Source: Deltaproteobacteria bacterium
GTDB lineage: Bacteria > Desulfobacterota > Syntrophia > Syntrophales > JACQWR01
Direction: 5' to 3'
Assembly (NCBI GenBank): GCA_016209105.1
Contig: JACQWR010000028.1
Span: 135,642-199,641, forward strand
DNA: 64,000 bases
In this document: one piece after another, positions 45,675 through 55,828 of the stretch
How positions within the stretch are numbered: position 1 is the stretch's first letter
How the letters are laid out: each line of letters opens with the position of its first letter
The notes under the pieces: model-generated
Seen by the model: the letters and a program-made list of their open reading frames with translations, nothing else
Database searches by the model: none
Told to the model about the DNA's origin: nothing
Program-made: the position numbers and the translations under genes

Positions 45675-46688
45675 CTAAGATTTAACTCGATCGGTTGAGC
45701 ACCTGACGACCAGTGAAGGTTTAAGGACAATGCGTTCCTGCTCCACCGGCATACCTTTCATCTTGTTGAAAAGCATATTCATTGCCAAATAACCCATTTC
45801 ATTCAAAGGGACTTTCACGGTGGTTAAGGCCGGGGTGATTCTTTCCACCAGCCAGATACCGTCGAAACCGACAACAGAGATGTCCTCCGGCACAGAGAGC
45901 CCCTTTTCATGAATCGCAAGGATCGCGCCCATAGCCAATAGATCGTTTGCGGCAAACACGGCTGTCGGTCGATCCGGGAGAAGCAGCAGTTTGTTCATGG
46001 CCTTGTACCCCTCCGGCTCCGTATACCCTGCTTCTACCATGTAGTCAGAATTAAACGGGATATCCGCGAGGTTGAGCTCTTTTCGATATCCTTCTATCCT
46101 TTCAAGGCCCGTGTCGGTATACAGAAAACCGGCAATATGAGCTATCTTCTTATGCCCTAAGCCGATCAGATGGTGAACAGCCATCTTGGCGCCGGCCGTA
46201 TTATCGGCGACGACATAGGCGCTGACATCTTTCCTGTTGCCACGGTTTACCAGGACGTAAGGAGTGCCCGATTTCTCGATCTCTTCGATCGCTTCGGCCC
46301 GCATGTGGACCGATGCCAGCAAAAGCCCGTCAACCCGCCGATTGAGAAGAAACCTGATCATTTTCAACTCTTTCTCATGATTATCCCAGGTATGACAGAG
46401 GATAAGGCTTAAGTCTTTTTCTGAAGCCAAGTTTTCGACTCCCTTGATAACCTCCGGGAAGAGAGGGTTGGTTATATCCGGTATCAACATGCCGATTGCA
46501 TCCGATGTTTTAAGGCGCAGATTGCGGGCAATGGAATTAGGATGATAGCCCAACTCCCGGATGGCATCCAAAACTCGCCGCTTGGTCTCCTCTCGTATGG
46601 ACAACTTGGAATCACTATTAATGACGCGGGAAACCGTTGATGCATTTACACCCGCCCGTTGTGCTACGTCCTTGATGGTGATGCTCAA
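45675..46688 (-). CDS. LacI-family transcriptional regulator
   Basis: (M)SITIKDVAQRAGVNASTVSRVINSDSKLSIREETKRRVLDAIRELGYHPNSIARNLR (HTH_LacI) plus a periplasmic-binding-protein-like sugar-binding fold. TTG start. Confidence 0.9.
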   Translation of the reverse strand: MSITIKDVAQRAGVNASTVSRVINSDSKLSIREETKRRVLDAIRELGYHPNSIARNLRLKTSDAIGMLIPDITNPLFPEVIKGVENLASEKDLSLILCHTWDNHEKELKMIRFLLNRRVDGLLLASVHMRAEAIEEIEKSGTPYVLVNRGNRKDVSAYVVADNTAGAKMAVHHLIGLGHKKIAHIAGFLYTDTGLERIEGYRKELNLADIPFNSDYMVEAGYTEPEGYKAMNKLLLLPDRPTAVFAANDLLAMGAILAIHEKGLSVPEDISVVGFDGIWLVERITPALTTVKVPLNEMGYLAMNMLFNKMKGMPVEQERIVLKPSLVVRCSTDRVKS

Positions 46689-46708
46689 ATCTCTTGCACC
46701 TTTCTTTC

Positions 46709-46856
46709 AGGCTGCTGAAAAAATTGTTTTCAGAGGCTGCTCAAAAATGTCCAGATGCAAGACTCCCGAAATTCTTCGCCATGAGGCGTACAGTGACGTA
46801 CGTTGAAGGGCGAAGGATGAGGGAAACGCAGCAGATGGGCATTTTTCAGCAGCCTC
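46709..46856. repeat. Second repeat type: ~150-bp element with GCTGCT(G/C)AAAAA arms (two direct, one inverted), filling the M24-lacI spacer
   Basis: CAGGCTGCTGAAAAAATTG (46709-), GAGGCTGCTCAAAAATGTCC (46733-) and the inverted GGCATTTTTCAGCAGCCTC (46838-46856). An internal ACGTACGT palindrome is present. Confidence 0.7.
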
Positions 46857-46857
46857 A

Positions 46858-48114
46858 TCAGAAAACGTCACATCCCGGCAGACCACAGGAAATAAGATGA
46901 TCACTGGGAAAGTTGGTCATAATTTCGCAACCGTTTTCGGTAACGACGACCTGTTCCTCGATTCTGGCGGCGCCTGAGCCGTCAGCTGCGCCACACCAGG
47001 TCTCCAGGGCAAAAACCATGTTTTTCTTGATCAGGGTGGGGTGCTCAAGCGAAAAACGCCGGGAAATGATCGGGCGCTCCCATTGCCCCAATCCAAGGCC
47101 GTGACCGTACTGAAGCAGGTAGGCCTCATCCTCGTCGCGATAGCCGAACTCCTCGGCTTTCGGCCAAACCTGACAGATTTCGCCGGTGGTTACACCCGGC
47201 TTGATTACATCTATGGCATCGGAGATCCATCGGGAGGCCGTTTCATAGGCATCAACCTGACATTTGTTCGGTTTGCCGCAGACAAACGTCCGATAGTAGC
47301 AGGTCTGGTAGCCCATATATGCCTGCATTAAATCCAGGTAAACGATGTCTCCCGGTTGGATGATGCGGTCCGAAAAGGTGTGGGAATGGGGTTTCCCCCG
47401 CGCTCCGGAAACAGAATTAACGCACTGAACCCGTTCCGAGCCGAACTTGTACAGGTGATAGTTGGCGATGGCCACCAGTTCGTTTTCCCGGACGCCGGGG
47501 CGGATCGCCTTGGCAAGGTCCACATACGTCGCATCAACCATGGACGCAGCCTTTTTCAGAAGTTCGATCTCGTCTGTGGTTTTAATTTCGCGGGCATCGA
47601 GCATGGCCTGCTGGCCGTCCACGACCGTGATTCCTTCCTTTTCCAGAGCCCGCAGCATGGTTATCTCCATGATATCAACTCCTATGGGCTCTTTCTCCAC
47701 CCCGTATTCAGTCAGGATCCTCTTGACCTGCCTGGCAAAGGTTCCCTGCACGTTCAATTCCGGCGGGATGGCGCCCAGCATGTTGCTGAAGGGCGCTTCC
47801 ATCCGGTTTTCCATCCAGGGGCTGCTGATCCTTTTTGCCGGCGGAGCGGGATCGAAAAGGAACGGTTTTCCCTCACGGGGACAGATGGCATAACGATTCA
47901 TCTTGTCCCTGCACCACTCGCCGATATGGGTACCGGTAATATAGCGGATGTTGTCCATTTCAAAGACGAGGACCGCACCGAGGCCCCTTGCTTTTACGGC
48001 GGCCTGCGCTTTTTCGAAGCGCTCGCGCTTAAGACGAACAAAATCTACACCGGTTTCCCAATCAGTAGCCATTGTTCCCCAAGACGCTCTGGTATTCGCC
48101 CTGTTATACTTCAC
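46858..48114 (-). CDS. M24-family (creatinase/prolidase fold) hydrolase with a non-canonical metal site
   Basis: An N-terminal creatinase_N-like domain precedes the pita-bread domain, which reads GDIVYLDL...YMGYQTCYYRTF...GHGLGLG...ALETW...ARIEEQV. GTG start 6 nt after AAGGAGGT. Confidence 0.78.
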   Translation of the reverse strand: MKYNRANTRASWGTMATDWETGVDFVRLKRERFEKAQAAVKARGLGAVLVFEMDNIRYITGTHIGEWCRDKMNRYAICPREGKPFLFDPAPPAKRISSPWMENRMEAPFSNMLGAIPPELNVQGTFARQVKRILTEYGVEKEPIGVDIMEITMLRALEKEGITVVDGQQAMLDAREIKTTDEIELLKKAASMVDATYVDLAKAIRPGVRENELVAIANYHLYKFGSERVQCVNSVSGARGKPHSHTFSDRIIQPGDIVYLDLMQAYMGYQTCYYRTFVCGKPNKCQVDAYETASRWISDAIDVIKPGVTTGEICQVWPKAEEFGYRDEDEAYLLQYGHGLGLGQWERPIISRRFSLEHPTLIKKNMVFALETWCGAADGSGAARIEEQVVVTENGCEIMTNFPSDHLISCGLPGCDVF

Positions 48115-48217
48115 TTCTCGACCTCCTTGAATATCAGATGAACGGTAAATCCATCTTCAGATTCGCCACTGCCATGTGCTTCCTCGGCAAGGCCTGTGAA
48201 GACGTCCTTAATCTTTC

Positions 48218-48231
48218 GGCAAACGATTGCA
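48218..48231. promoter_or_regulatory. LacI-family operator-like site GGCAAACGATTGCA
   Basis: Near-palindrome matching the generic LacI/PurR/CcpA-type core TGNAAACGNTTNCA. It lies ~105 nt upstream of the M24 gene start. Confidence 0.55.
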
Positions 48232-48356
48232 TATTTTAAAACGCATGTCAATAAAAAATTTCTGTCCACGATCTCCCAATATCAGTAAACGTTAAAAAGA
48301 TCTATCTCATAATATAGTTCGTGATTTTACAATTTTTCCACATAATGAGAAAAATG

Positions 48357-48385
48357 TTGCACTGAAAAAAAAATTCTGTTAGTTT
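48357..48385 (+). promoter_or_regulatory. Candidate promoter for the 48452 gene (TTGCAC -17 nt- TAGTTT)
   Basis: Read from the sequence. The operator at 48387 starts 2 nt after the -10 element. Confidence 0.35.
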
Positions 48386-48386
48386 A

Positions 48387-48400
48387 TGCAAACGTTTGCG
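48387..48400. promoter_or_regulatory. LacI-family operator TGCAAACGTTTGCG (perfect 12-bp palindrome GCAAACGTTTGC)
   Basis: Read from the sequence. It lies 52 nt upstream of the start codon of the 48452 gene. Confidence 0.6.
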
Positions 48401-48451
48401 GTAAATGAACTGCCGATACTGGCAAATTCTAACAAATAAGGGGGAAAGACG

Positions 48452-49423
48452 ATGACGACAGATTTATTAAAGAAACATGCTATCGGGTGGATAGGGTGCG
48501 GTCGGATGGGTTATTCCATGGCCGAAAGATTGGCTAAGGCCGGCTGCGACATATCGGTGTATAATCGCACCAAGGCAAAGGCGGAGCCATTGGCCGAATT
48601 TGGCGCTAAGATCGTAGACAAGCCTGCAGACCTGGCCGGATGCGATGTTGTTTTCTGCATGGTCTCCGAGGCTAAAGATTTGAAACAGGTGCTTCTGGGA
48701 GAAGGGGGACTCATTTCCAAACCCGGCAAGTTCCCCAAAATCGTGGTGGACTCCACGACAATCTCGGTAGATGCATCGGCGGAAATTCGCGAGGCCCTGG
48801 GCAAGGCGAACATCAACTTTATCGCCGCTCCCGTCAGCGGCAATGCCAAGGTCGTCAAAGCCGGAAAGCTCAGCATTGTGGCTTCAGGACCCAAGGCAGC
48901 CTTTGATGAAGTTAGCCCCTACATTAACGTCTTTGGGCCGGCGGGCGTGAGCTACGTGGGCGAGGGGGAACTCGCACGGATCGCCAAGATCTGCCATAAT
49001 GTCATGCTCGGCGTGGTCATTCAGAATCTCGCGGAGATTACGATCCTGGCGGAAAAGGCAGGGCTTCCCCGTTCCGCCTTCCTTTCCTTCATGAACAGCA
49101 GCGTCATGGGGTCGGTGTTCAGCAGATACAAAACCCCCGCCTTAGTCAATCTGGACTGGACGACGACCTTCACCCCCTACCTGCTGCGCAAGGATCTGGA
49201 TCTCGGCCTGGAGATGGGACGCAAGCTGGAAGTCCCCATGCCGGTTACTTCCACAACCCGCGATGTTTTACAGACGCACATGGGGTTCGGAGCGGCGCTG
49301 GGAAGCGACTACCTGGAAAAGGATTTCTCGACCCTGCTTGAGCATGAGGCCCGATCTTCAGGAATGAAGCTGAAGTCCGAAAACGTTGAGGTTTGGGACG
49401 GACTGTCCCCGCAGAAGAAATAG
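48452..49423 (+). CDS. NAD(P)-dependent beta-hydroxyacid dehydrogenase (3-hydroxyisobutyrate / tartronate-semialdehyde reductase family)
   Basis: IGWIGCGRMGYSMAERLAKAG Rossmann motif, the ...APVSG.......G.L.I...G segment, and a C-terminal all-helical domain. Confidence 0.8.
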   Translation: MTTDLLKKHAIGWIGCGRMGYSMAERLAKAGCDISVYNRTKAKAEPLAEFGAKIVDKPADLAGCDVVFCMVSEAKDLKQVLLGEGGLISKPGKFPKIVVDSTTISVDASAEIREALGKANINFIAAPVSGNAKVVKAGKLSIVASGPKAAFDEVSPYINVFGPAGVSYVGEGELARIAKICHNVMLGVVIQNLAEITILAEKAGLPRSAFLSFMNSSVMGSVFSRYKTPALVNLDWTTTFTPYLLRKDLDLGLEMGRKLEVPMPVTSTTRDVLQTHMGFGAALGSDYLEKDFSTLLEHEARSSGMKLKSENVEVWDGLSPQKK

Positions 49424-49512
49424 GCGGCTCGATGCCGGTTCGGTGGTTGCCTGTGTGTCCAGATGTGAGCATTCGAGAGGCAGGCGGGGCATCGGAAGAG
49501 ATAATCGTCATT

Positions 49513-49544
49513 GAAGCTCTCCGCGCAGAGTTGCGGAGAGCTTC
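49513..49544. terminator. 12-bp perfect hairpin between convergent genes; carries the repeat-family core GAAGCTCTCC
   Basis: GAAGCTCTCCGC-GCAGAGTT-GCGGAGAGCTTC. It has no clear U-tract, so terminator function is inferred. Confidence 0.5.
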
Positions 49545-49551
49545 GACAGGC

Positions 49552-51869
<2,318 letters not shown>

Positions 51870-51909
51870 TTAACGCAACATGAGCATCGGTGTTTCTTGC
51901 GCAGTCGCG

Positions 51910-52185
51910 CTATTTGATACGCCGCAAATGGGACCCGTTTTTTGGTGATGGCGCGGGCGCGGGTTGTTTTTGCTTATTTTGCGTCTCGATAATCTGTTCG
52001 TTGAATATCTTGTTTTTTACCCGGACGGCATTGATAATGAAAAAGATAATAACGGATCGTTCCCACTCTTTCGAGCTTTCAAAGTGCTCCATCCTCCGCT
52101 TGTATTTTTCCCATAAGCCGGTGAGAGATGCCTCATCCAGCGCAAGAATTGTTTCAGCCAGTTTTTCCAGGGAATTTTCAAGCAT
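51910..52185 (-). CDS. Hypothetical 91-aa protein
   Basis: The ORF is co-oriented with ligA and 64 nt upstream of it. It has a helical N-terminus, one hydrophobic segment (SVIIFFIINAV) and a Pro/Lys-rich tail. I recognise no family. Confidence 0.4.
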   Translation of the reverse strand: MLENSLEKLAETILALDEASLTGLWEKYKRRMEHFESSKEWERSVIIFFIINAVRVKNKIFNEQIIETQNKQKQPAPAPSPKNGSHLRRIK

Positions 52186-52360
52186 GTTTGCACTCCGGGT
52201 TTCCCGTTCCTAAGCGTGTCATCAGGGATAGTGGTTGCCAATCGAAAGAAGGCATGACAAGCTTTATATAATAAAGCTTGTCTTTTTACAACATATGGAT
52301 ATAATCGCAACCGTTGCAAACGGTGGCTGTGCTTGCGGAATAAGGTTGTTCCCCTTTGTA

Positions 52361-52403
52361 GTGAGCGCATTCCCCGTAGCGCGCTCAAGGAGAGTTTCAA
52401 GAG
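52361..52403. repeat. Dispersed-repeat family member (GTGAGCGCATTCCCCGTAGCGCGCTCAAGGAGAGTTTCAAGAG)
   Basis: Combines the GCGCATTCCCCGTAGC block with the GCTCAAGGAGAG(C/T)TTCAA right end. Confidence 0.65.
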
Positions 52404-52426
52404 AGATTCATTCGAGACTGTTTAAC

Positions 52427-52912
52427 GTGAAAATCATATTCGCGCCATGGAGAATGGCCTACATAAGAAGTAAAAAGCCATCCGGCTGTGTATTCTGCAA
52501 AGACTCTATTCGCGATCATGACCTCGTACTTTATGAGGGGAAGACCGCTTTTGTGATGATGAACCGCTATCCCTATATAACGGGACATCTCATGATCATT
52601 CCTTTTCGGCATGTAAGCAAACTGGAAGATATGACATCGGAAGAGAAGAAAGAACTATTCGATCTTACGGACATTTCCGTAAGGGTCTTAAAGGAAGGGA
52701 TGAAGCCGGAGGGTTTCAACATTGGGATGAACCTGGGAAAGGCGGCCGGGGCAGGGGTGGATGATCATATCCATATCCACGTAGTTCCCCGGTGGAACGG
52801 CGACACTAATTCCCTGAGTGTTATCGGTGAAGTACGGGTGATTTCCGAGGATCTTACCGCAACATGGGAACTCCTTCTGCCGTATTTTAAAAAATATCAA
52901 CAGGAGGTCTGA
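52427..52912 (+). CDS. HIT-family nucleotide hydrolase/transferase (Ap4A phosphorylase / GalT-like branch)
   Basis: (M)KIIFAPWRMAYI.....GCVFC, then NRYPY..GHLMI.P.RH, then the histidine triad HIHIHVVPRW.GD.N. I placed the start at the GTG at 52427, because the upstream part of the track ORF covers a repeat. Confidence 0.8.
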   Translation: MKIIFAPWRMAYIRSKKPSGCVFCKDSIRDHDLVLYEGKTAFVMMNRYPYITGHLMIIPFRHVSKLEDMTSEEKKELFDLTDISVRVLKEGMKPEGFNIGMNLGKAAGAGVDDHIHIHVVPRWNGDTNSLSVIGEVRVISEDLTATWELLLPYFKKYQQEV

Positions 52913-52914
52913 AG

Positions 52915-53238
52915 ATGATGAGGATAATCTACACTATTATTGTTGTACTGCTCATTCTGTTTGTTATCAGCTTCTCCCTGGCGAATACTTCACTCGTAAC
53001 CCTGAAATATTATGACATTCTGGACGTGGCTATTCCCACGTACATGTTACTTTTTATCTCTTTTTTGGCCGGGGTTTTGTTTACGGGTTTTATGGGGATC
53101 GTAGAGAGGTTCAGGCTTACCAGGACCATCAGCCAGATGAACAAGACCATCCGGGATTTAAGAAGGGAATTGAGGGAACGAGACGAACCCGTTCCGGATG
53201 AGGACGAAACGGCCGGTTATCCCGGCAGCCGTAATTGA
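52915..53238 (+). CDS. LapA-like (DUF1049) inner-membrane protein
   Basis: Two TM helices followed by a charged coiled tail (RDLRRELRERDE). Confidence 0.6.
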   Translation: MMRIIYTIIVVLLILFVISFSLANTSLVTLKYYDILDVAIPTYMLLFISFLAGVLFTGFMGIVERFRLTRTISQMNKTIRDLRRELRERDEPVPDEDETAGYPGSRN

Positions 53239-53253
53239 GCAGCCTCTGAACGT

Positions 53254-53745
53254 TCAGGACGCACAGTCCGAATCATCACCGTTTATCTTTTCGATGGCAT
53301 GCTTCAACGCCGGCAGGATCACCGCAAGATTCTCCCGCGCGCCTTTGGGACTTCCCGGCAGATTGACTATCAGTGAACGCCCCCGTATACCCGCTACCGC
53401 ACGGGAGATCATGGCATGCGGCGTGACGGCCATGCTGGCGTGTCGCATAGCCTCAGCCATGCCCGGTATTTCCCGGTCAATCACCTTGAGGGTTGCGTCG
53501 GGGGTTACATCACGGGGGCTGACGCCGGTTCCCCCGGTCGTTAAAATCAGGGCAAGGTTCTTCCCATCGGCATATTCGATCAGGGCGTTTTTGATCTGCG
53601 GTATTTCGTCGGGAATGATCATGCTGTAGGCGACGCCGATACCCATTTCCTTAAGCATGGACAGGATTTCTCCGCTGCTTGTGTCTTTCCGTTCGCCGCG
53701 CGAGCCCTTGTCGCTGATTGTTATTACCCCCGCCTGGATTTCCAT
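53254..53745 (-). CDS. mogA: Molybdopterin adenylyltransferase-type MoCF biosynthesis protein (MogA/MoaB)
   Basis: GVITISDKGS.G.R.D.SG..........LILTTGGTGVSPRDVTPDAT......EIPG..E.......PGSPKG. Confidence 0.88.
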   Translation of the reverse strand: MEIQAGVITISDKGSRGERKDTSSGEILSMLKEMGIGVAYSMIIPDEIPQIKNALIEYADGKNLALILTTGGTGVSPRDVTPDATLKVIDREIPGMAEAMRHASMAVTPHAMISRAVAGIRGRSLIVNLPGSPKGARENLAVILPALKHAIEKINGDDSDCAS

Positions 53746-53749
53746 TACA

Positions 53750-55828
53750 TTAAGCGTCTTCTTTCTTTGATTCTGCTATTATCTTCTCGGCAATGTAGGA
53801 CGGCACCTCCTCATAATGGGAATGGCGGTAGGTATAGGTTCCCCTGCCGCTCGTCATGGAGGTAAGGTCAGAGGCATATTTGAGTATCTCCGCCAGGGGG
53901 ACCTGACCCTTGATGATCTGGATGGAACCTTTCGTGTCCATGCCGCTTACCCGTCCTCGGCGGCTGTTCAGGTCGCCGATCACATCGCCCATGTATTCCT
54001 CGGGGATCTCGATCTCTATGTTTACGATGGGCTCCAGGATCGTCGGCTGGCAGGCCAGGATGCCTTTTTTGAAGCCCATGGAGCCGGCGATCTTAAAGGC
54101 CATTTCCGAGGAATCAACGGTATGGTAGGAACCATCCACCAGGGAAACCCTGATGTCAACCACGGGATAGCCCGCCAGCACTCCTTCCGCCATTGCTTCC
54201 ACAATGCCCTTCTCAACAGCCGGCCGGTACTGCTGGGGAATGACGCCGCCCACGATCTTGTCGAGAAATTCAAAACCACCGCTGCGCGGCAATGGTTCGA
54301 TGTCCAGCCAGCAGTCGCCGAACTGGCCCCGCCCTCCCGACTGTTTCTTGTATCTTCCCTGTACGTTCGTTTTTCCCTTTATTGTTTCCTTGTACGGAAC
54401 CTTAGGCGTTTTCAGGTTAACGTCCACGCCGAATTTCCGTTTCATTTTTTCCACCGTGACCTCAATGTGCACCTGCCCCATACCGGATAGGATCATTTCC
54501 CTGGTCTGATCGTCCCGGTGGAACTGGAGGGTTGGGTCCTCTTCCATAAGGCGGTGGATGGAGGAGAATATCTTATCTTCGTCTCCTCGTGTTTTCGGCT
54601 CCACAGCGAACGACATAATGGCGGGGGAGGGGACTACCTTTTCATAGACGATAGGAGCTTTATCGTTGCAGATGGTATCTCCCGTCGTTGTTTCCTTCAG
54701 CTTGGCGACCGCAGCGATGTCTCCGGGTACGAGAGATTCTGCCGGTTTCTGCGTTTTCCCTTCCAGAAAAAAAATACTTCCGACTCGTTCGGTAATTTTC
54801 CGGGACGAATTATAAAAGTTGCTGTCCGAGCTAATTGTTCCCGAATAGACGCGAAACAGCGTGAGTTTACCCGCATAGGGGTCGGCTATGGTTTTAAAAA
54901 CCATGGCGGAAAAGGGCGCCGCTTCAGTAAGCTCCCTTTTTTCAATGTCATCTTTGCCTGGCTTCTTGCCGGTGACGGGGCCACGGTCAACTGGAGAAGG
55001 AAAATAGTTTGCGATCATGTCCATGAGCGGAGCGATGCCTATGTTTTTAACGGCTGATCCGCAGGATACGAGAATGAGACTGCCGGAGGCCATGCCTTTT
55101 TTTATTCCTGATTTCAGTTCGTCGAGGGTTAGTTCTCCCTTGTCCAGGTATTTCTCCATCAGCCCCTCGTCCGATTCGGCAACGTCCTCCACCATGGATT
55201 CCCTGAGTTTGGCTGCTTCTTCTCTGTTTTCTGCGGGAATTTCTTCGGTTTTGTATTTGCCGTCGGCGGAAGTGAAAATGCATGCCTTCATATTCACCAA
55301 ATCAATGACGCCCCGGAAGGAGTCCTCGGCACCCAGGGGGATGAACAGCGAGGTTGCTTTTTTGCCCAGTTTATTCCGTATGCCTTCCAGGGTCTTGGAA
55401 TAATCGGCCCGCTCCCGATCCATCCGGTTGATATAAACAGCGCGGGGCAGCTTGAATTCATCGGCGTATTCCCAGACCTTCTCCGTCTGAAATTCAACCC
55501 CTCCGACCGCGTCAATGACGATCAGGGCGCTGTCCACGTTCTGCAGACAGCATTTGGTATCGTACGCAAAATTCGAGTCACCCGGGGTATCAATGATATT
55601 TATTTTATGTTTTTCCCACTCAAAAAAACTGATCGCCGCGCTGATCGAGATGTGTCTTTTCTGTTCTTCCGGTTCATAATCAAGCGAAGAAGCGCCTTCA
55701 TCCACCCGGCCCAGCCGGTCGGTTTTACCGGAAACATAAAGAAAGGATTCACACAGCGATGTCTTACCGGTTCCACCATGTCCGACAACTGCCAGATTTC
55801 TTAGGGATTTTGATTCATACTTTGCCAT
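53750..55828 (-). CDS. Elongation factor G paralog (EF-G2-like)
   Basis: Five-domain EF-G architecture over 692 aa. The G1 motif GHGGTGKTS replaces the canonical AHIDAGKTT. DTPG and NRMD motifs are present. Confidence 0.88.
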   Translation of the reverse strand: MAKYESKSLRNLAVVGHGGTGKTSLCESFLYVSGKTDRLGRVDEGASSLDYEPEEQKRHISISAAISFFEWEKHKINIIDTPGDSNFAYDTKCCLQNVDSALIVIDAVGGVEFQTEKVWEYADEFKLPRAVYINRMDRERADYSKTLEGIRNKLGKKATSLFIPLGAEDSFRGVIDLVNMKACIFTSADGKYKTEEIPAENREEAAKLRESMVEDVAESDEGLMEKYLDKGELTLDELKSGIKKGMASGSLILVSCGSAVKNIGIAPLMDMIANYFPSPVDRGPVTGKKPGKDDIEKRELTEAAPFSAMVFKTIADPYAGKLTLFRVYSGTISSDSNFYNSSRKITERVGSIFFLEGKTQKPAESLVPGDIAAVAKLKETTTGDTICNDKAPIVYEKVVPSPAIMSFAVEPKTRGDEDKIFSSIHRLMEEDPTLQFHRDDQTREMILSGMGQVHIEVTVEKMKRKFGVDVNLKTPKVPYKETIKGKTNVQGRYKKQSGGRGQFGDCWLDIEPLPRSGGFEFLDKIVGGVIPQQYRPAVEKGIVEAMAEGVLAGYPVVDIRVSLVDGSYHTVDSSEMAFKIAGSMGFKKGILACQPTILEPIVNIEIEIPEEYMGDVIGDLNSRRGRVSGMDTKGSIQIIKGQVPLAEILKYASDLTSMTSGRGTYTYRHSHYEEVPSYIAEKIIAESKKEDA

